The notes beneath the pieces were generated by a model that did no database searches, had not been told where the DNA came from, and saw only the letters and a list, made by a program, of their open reading frames with translations. The translations under genes were made by a program, and so were the position numbers. A stretch of DNA of 55,736 bases from a virus: the IMG/VR virus record IMGVR_UViG_3300047163_000162, positions 1 to 55,736 of that record; one strand, written 5' to 3'. Shown here one piece after another: positions 52,423-55,736 of the stretch (its first letter is position 1; every line of letters begins with the position of its first letter).

Positions 52423-52875
52423 CTATAGAGTACAAAAATCCCATATGTTTGTGTTGAATGCGTGGCACTCGCCTCCTGCCCATACAGAGTGTTTGATAGC
52501 AGCGTTAACTGCATCGATTGCACTGCTGCCGCCGTGCATAATCCCCAACATATATTCACTAGCAGCTCCATCGACTATTGGAGCTTTATAATGGGTTACA
52601 TCATACAAAACAAACGTTTCACCGCATTTGTAGACCGGGCCATTTCGATACACGACAACAGCTCCGAAGCTCTCGCTTTTTGTAGGTCTTGTGCCGGTAT
52701 TAAAGCCGCTTAGAGCCCATTCTGCAAATGCAGCAACTTCTGGCAGTAAACCACAAGCTGCCCAGCAAAAACGAGCGTTGGCCTGTATTTTAGGATAGTA
52801 GCCAACAATAATGTCGTTTTGAAACGTTGCCGTGTCGGTGGCAAGAACTCCGTTTTTGAATGCGATAACTGTCAT
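52423..52875 (-). CDS. Ntn-hydrolase / HslV-proteasome-like candidate (150 aa)
   Basis: Met-Thr N-terminus. [16 protein letters not shown] parallels HslV [50 protein letters not shown] parallels the HslV IAIGSGG...A region. Confidence 0.45.
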   Translation of the reverse strand: [150 protein letters not shown]

Positions 52876-52879
52876 TGGT

Positions 52880-53167
52880 TTATTCTTTCGTTGATGGAGT
52901 TACGGTAGCTCCAAGCAGAACTTTGAGCTCGCGTTCGGTGTTGAAGTAGCGTTGGCCGGTGCCCTCGGCACAGATGAATGTCAGCAGGTCGCCTGGTTTG
53001 ATGAGAGCCTCGGCATCGGAGAAGAAACCGGGGGCGTGGATTTCGTGCATACGTAGGTTCGGTGCGTCGTAAATCCAGTGGGTAAAAGGAGCGGTGGCGG
53101 CTAAAACGTAGAATTGGCGGAGGGTGAAATTGGCGCTTGGGTGGGGATGGGTCGCGGTGTGTGGCAT
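52880..53167 (-). CDS. Hypothetical protein (95 aa)
   Basis: ATG overlaps the upstream TAA (TAATG). Confidence 0.45.
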   Translation of the reverse strand: MPHTATHPHPSANFTLRQFYVLAATAPFTHWIYDAPNLRMHEIHAPGFFSDAEALIKPGDLLTFICAEGTGQRYFNTERELKVLLGATVTPSTKE

Positions 53168-53424
53168 TAGCGTGCTCCAAGGTTGATGGTTGTGGGTCGG
53201 CGGAGGGTGGCGAGCACCTTGCCATAGGCGTCGCTGATGACGTAGGATGCTACGCGAGTCTGCTTGCCGAAGTAGATTTCGCTCAGAAGGGCTTTATACC
53301 ACGAGGTCTGTCTTAACTGCTTCGCATGGCGGGGGCCTTGGCCGTAAGCGTTGCCGAGAATGGCAGCGCCGTCGGCGTCGTAGGCTTCGATCCAGAGGCG
53401 AGGGCCTAGGTTAGACTTCGGCAT
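53167..53424 (-). CDS. Hypothetical protein (85 aa)
   Basis: ATG at 53424 (MPKSNLGPRLW) overlaps the upstream gene end by 14 nt. Confidence 0.4.
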   Translation of the reverse strand: MPKSNLGPRLWIEAYDADGAAILGNAYGQGPRHAKQLRQTSWYKALLSEIYFGKQTRVASYVISDAYGKVLATLRRPTTINLGAR

Positions 53425-53866
53425 TGGGGGCCAGCACTTTGCGCACTTGGAGGAAGTTTCCGACAAGTTTGGTAGAAAACTTGCCATATTTTTTCCTGTG
53501 ATTGTTGCAGGCATTTCTGACGTGCTTTTGCCAGTGCTTTGGAAAATATAGAGTAAATTGGCTGAAGGCCAGCATTTCTTTGATCTCGGCGGTTACACTT
53601 GCTTGGTCGATAATTTCCACCGAGCTGCCCTGACACTGGCGTTTTTCGACTTTTGCTACGGAAGCACCAGGGAAGGCAACATAGACATGGGTCCCGCCGA
53701 AGGCGACGTTGTTTGGAGAGATTGGAACATCGTCGGCTATGTGGTCGAGAATGTCTTCGCTAACGCCCTTTGGATACTCTTCCCAAAGGTATAGTGAGAA
53801 CTCCATAAGTTCTTCTGCACTTGCGCAGGGGGAACAAGGCGGCGTGGAGGAGGTTGTGGCTGGCAT
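53411..53866 (-). CDS. Hypothetical protein (151 aa)
   Basis: ATG at 53866 with GGAG 6 nt upstream (the track's 53908 start is TTG). First gene after the promoter at 53933-53961. Confidence 0.45.
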   Translation of the reverse strand: MPATTSSTPPCSPCASAEELMEFSLYLWEEYPKGVSEDILDHIADDVPISPNNVAFGGTHVYVAFPGASVAKVEKRQCQGSSVEIIDQASVTAEIKEMLAFSQFTLYFPKHWQKHVRNACNNHRKKYGKFSTKLVGNFLQVRKVLAPNAEV

Positions 53867-53932
53867 TGATAGCTCCATTCGGTTTATGGTGATGCTGGGC
53901 GGAGGCAAAGCCCCCGCATGGCATATGGGATA

Positions 53933-53961
53933 ACCCTACGCCCATATGCCACAATTGTCAA
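53933..53961 (-). promoter_or_regulatory. Candidate sigma70-type promoter interleaved with an 11-bp inverted repeat (operator-like)
   Basis: On the - strand: TTGACA-attgtggcatatgggcg(17)-TAGGGT. The inverted repeat TGGCATATGGG / CCCATATGCCA (53919-53929 and 53941-53951) brackets the -10. Confidence 0.4.
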
Positions 53962-53977
53962 ATAGCTGGGGAAATTT

Positions 53978-54529
53978 TTATTCGAGGATTGGTTTGGGTT
54001 CTTGGTCGCCTGCGGGACTCAAGCGCTGAATTCTAGTCACTCGCTGAAAATAACCGCCACCTCGATTGGCTAGGCCACGGTTGCTGATGGTGGCGGAGAC
54101 GAATCGCTCAGACACGGAAAGAATTTGGGCAATTTCCTTTGTAGTGTAGTTTTGCTGGTAGAGGACTTGAATGTTTGCTTGGTTTAGGTGGAATGGGAAG
54201 GAAAGTTTAGCTTCGCTTGGCTCGATGCCCATGGCACAAGCTATGCTGGCTAAGACCTTCTGTCCTGGCCGCTGGGATCGGTTGTTTTTTATTTTCCAGA
54301 GTGTTCTTGGGTGGAGATTTGTTTGCTCTGCCAGGGAGAGGATTTCTTGTCCGGTAAGTGAGGACAATAAATGCTGGAGGGATTGCTTTGGCTTGGGAAG
54401 GAGATAGGTCTGGCGGATTAGGTGGAGTTCGGCTGGGAAGAAGGTATGGGATTTTGGAGCGGGCATGGGAGGAATGGCCTTTGGTTGGAGGTTTAGAATA
54501 GCCGCCTTCTGTGGTGGGAGGTTAGCCAC
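53978..54529 (-). CDS. Two-HTH putative transcriptional regulator (183 aa)
   Basis: GTG start at 54529 (alternative ATG at 54466). LTGQEILSLAEQTNLHPRTLWKIKNN is XRE-like. YTTKEIAQILSVSERFVSATISNRG is a second HTH. The ORF is in frame with the upstream ORF across a single TAG. Confidence 0.55.
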   Translation of the reverse strand: MANLPPQKAAILNLQPKAIPPMPAPKSHTFFPAELHLIRQTYLLPKPKQSLQHLLSSLTGQEILSLAEQTNLHPRTLWKIKNNRSQRPGQKVLASIACAMGIEPSEAKLSFPFHLNQANIQVLYQQNYTTKEIAQILSVSERFVSATISNRGLANRGGGYFQRVTRIQRLSPAGDQEPKPILE

Positions 54530-54559
54530 CTGCGGCGGCTGGAAGGTCGGTGGCTGGGG

Positions 54560-55192
54560 CTAGGCGGCTGGTGGCTTGCGTCGGATGCTCAGGGCTGATT
54601 TGTCGAGGATTTCTGGTAGAGTTTGGCCGGTGAAGGTGTGGGTTGTGCCGGAGGAGTCGGTTAGGGATACAGCCGCCTGTGGTAGCTGGAGTGTTGTTGA
54701 GGGGTTTGTTGTGGCGTCGGCCTCGACCACCTGCGGTGGCTGGAAGGTTGGAGCATAGTGTGGTGGTTGGTGCTGGGAGACCTCGCCTCTGTTCCACCGC
54801 TGGTATTCCTCCCATTCTTTTGCGATTTCTTGCGGTGTTTGTTGGTGGGGTAGTTCGCAGTCTGGAATGTATTCGTGGACTTCGGCTGGGATATAGGCGG
54901 ATGGCTGGGGTTCTTCCCGATATCCTGCTGCACGCCGCCGGTTGTCGATGAGGCGTTTTTTGTTATACCTGAGATACATCTCTGTCGCGGCTAGGCAGTC
55001 AAAATCCTTATCGACCTCCTTCGCCCATGCGATTATTTGCATTTTCCATTCTAAGTCTAGGTCGCTCTTCCCCACCGCCCAGGCTATTTTTTCTGAGACT
55101 TGCTTGGTCAGGGAAATATAGTTGCGGAAGGCTACGCAGAGTTCGTCCAGGCGTTCGGTGGGGATTACGCGTTTGGAGGAGGGTTTTTGCAT
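54560..55192 (-). CDS. Hypothetical early protein (211 aa; alternative ATG at 55291)
   Basis: ATG at 55192 with AGGAG 9 nt upstream. The track's 305-aa version reads through the T29 tract (FFFFFFFFF) and is rejected. The C-terminal half is Pro/Gln/Thr-rich. Confidence 0.5.
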   Translation of the reverse strand: MQKPSSKRVIPTERLDELCVAFRNYISLTKQVSEKIAWAVGKSDLDLEWKMQIIAWAKEVDKDFDCLAATEMYLRYNKKRLIDNRRRAAGYREEPQPSAYIPAEVHEYIPDCELPHQQTPQEIAKEWEEYQRWNRGEVSQHQPPHYAPTFQPPQVVEADATTNPSTTLQLPQAAVSLTDSSGTTHTFTGQTLPEILDKSALSIRRKPPAA

Positions 55193-55293
55193 GGGGATAG
55201 GCTCCTGTGGGTTGAAGTAGCCGCCGTAGGCGGTAAGTATTAGGTTAGGTGGAGGGTCAGGTGGGGGGTCGGGTATGCTGTTATGTATCATGG

Positions 55294-55308
55294 CAAGTAT
55301 TTTGGGTG
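55294..55308. repeat. Left arm of a perfect 15-bp inverted repeat (caagtattttgggtg)
   Basis: Exact reverse complement of 55442-55456. Imperfect pairing continues inward (gtgtg.gt.gg...ggggggat). Confidence 0.9.
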
Positions 55309-55367
55309 TATGTGTGTGGCGGGGGGGATAGGTGGATGGTGGGATGGGGTGTGGCAGGGGTACTGAC

Positions 55368-55398
<31 letters not shown>

Positions 55399-55441
55399 CA
55401 AGCTCTAACAAAATCCCCCTCCAGCCTGTCCGACTCACACT

Positions 55442-55456
55442 CACCCAAAATACTTG
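55442..55456. repeat. Right arm of the perfect 15-bp inverted repeat (cacccaaaatacttg)
   Basis: Reverse complement of 55294-55308. On the - strand it overlaps a possible -10 (TTGACC 55477-55472, then AAGTAT with a 16-nt spacer or TATTTT with a 19-nt spacer). Confidence 0.9.
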
Positions 55457-55560
55457 TAGGGATAGGAGTGGGGTCAAGTGACAGACTCCCTGGCAGGATA
55501 TATGGTGTTTTGTGTTTTGTGGTGTTGCGTATCAGGTCAGGTGGATGGATACAGGCCCAG

Positions 55561-55587
55561 CCCACCTATGGTTGAACCACATGTGGG
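55561..55587. repeat. 27-bp palindromic element, copy 5 (B/A hybrid)
   Basis: CCCACCTATGG-TTGAA-CCACATGTGGG. The arms mismatch at 2 of 11 positions. Followed by the GGGGCG-CTT-CGCCCC hairpin (55597-55611). Confidence 0.85.
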
Positions 55588-55609
55588 ACTAGTTTAGGGG
55601 CGCTTCGCC

Positions 55610-55736
55610 CCTGAGTTTGTTAGAAAGTCCCCCAGAGGGGGTCGGTTTTTGTTAGCAGTCGTTACGAAATCCCGGTGGATAACTGGGATTTTGGGGCAAA
55701 ACTCAGGACTTTTTTCCTAAGTTTGGTGCAAAAACT
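55610..55736. repeat. Terminal exact direct repeat, copy 2 (identical to 1..127)
   Basis: See copy 1. Confidence 0.95.

Overview
The window is a complete dsDNA phage genome. The first and last 127 bp are identical, giving a unique length of 55,609 bp and a closed or terminally redundant contig. There are two convergent arms.

The + strand arm (746..28050) carries virion, lysis and packaging genes:
- two signal-peptide proteins, one of 825 aa with an SGNH-esterase-like C-terminus
- a tail-collar fibre and a muramidase-type endolysin
- TerL, portal, scaffold and a P22-type coat protein
- gp4-like and gp10-like tail adaptor proteins
- three large ejection-type proteins, the last with a lytic transglycosylase domain

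The - strand arm (55192..28060) carries regulatory, accessory and DNA-metabolism genes:
- an HTH regulator, DUF932, a DraRnl-type RNA ligase and an HslV-like Ntn-hydrolase candidate
- an ATGA-chained DUF1653/DUF1643/DUF4326 operon
- HIRAN, a UvrD-type helicase and a Cas4-like nuclease
- an Ala-rich repeat protein, an AAA_24 ATPase and MazG
- a ParB-methyltransferase fusion and DUF3310
- a split family-A DNA polymerase whose exonuclease half carries a UDG-like domain
- a DUF3987-like P-loop protein

No rRNA, tRNA, CRISPR array, integrase, transposase or phage RNA polymerase was recognised.

The main structure not explained by genes:
- a five-copy 27-bp palindromic element built from two interchangeable half-sites, found at operon borders
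- a roughly 1.2-kb divergent control region spanning the junction, containing an A29 homopolymer flanked by a perfect 15-bp inverted repeat
- GC-rich CCTTGG iterons around an AT-rich core in the same region
- sigma70-like promoters sharing a spacer sequence
- several exact internal repeats

All functional calls come from motifs read by eye and recalled family signatures. No database search was run.
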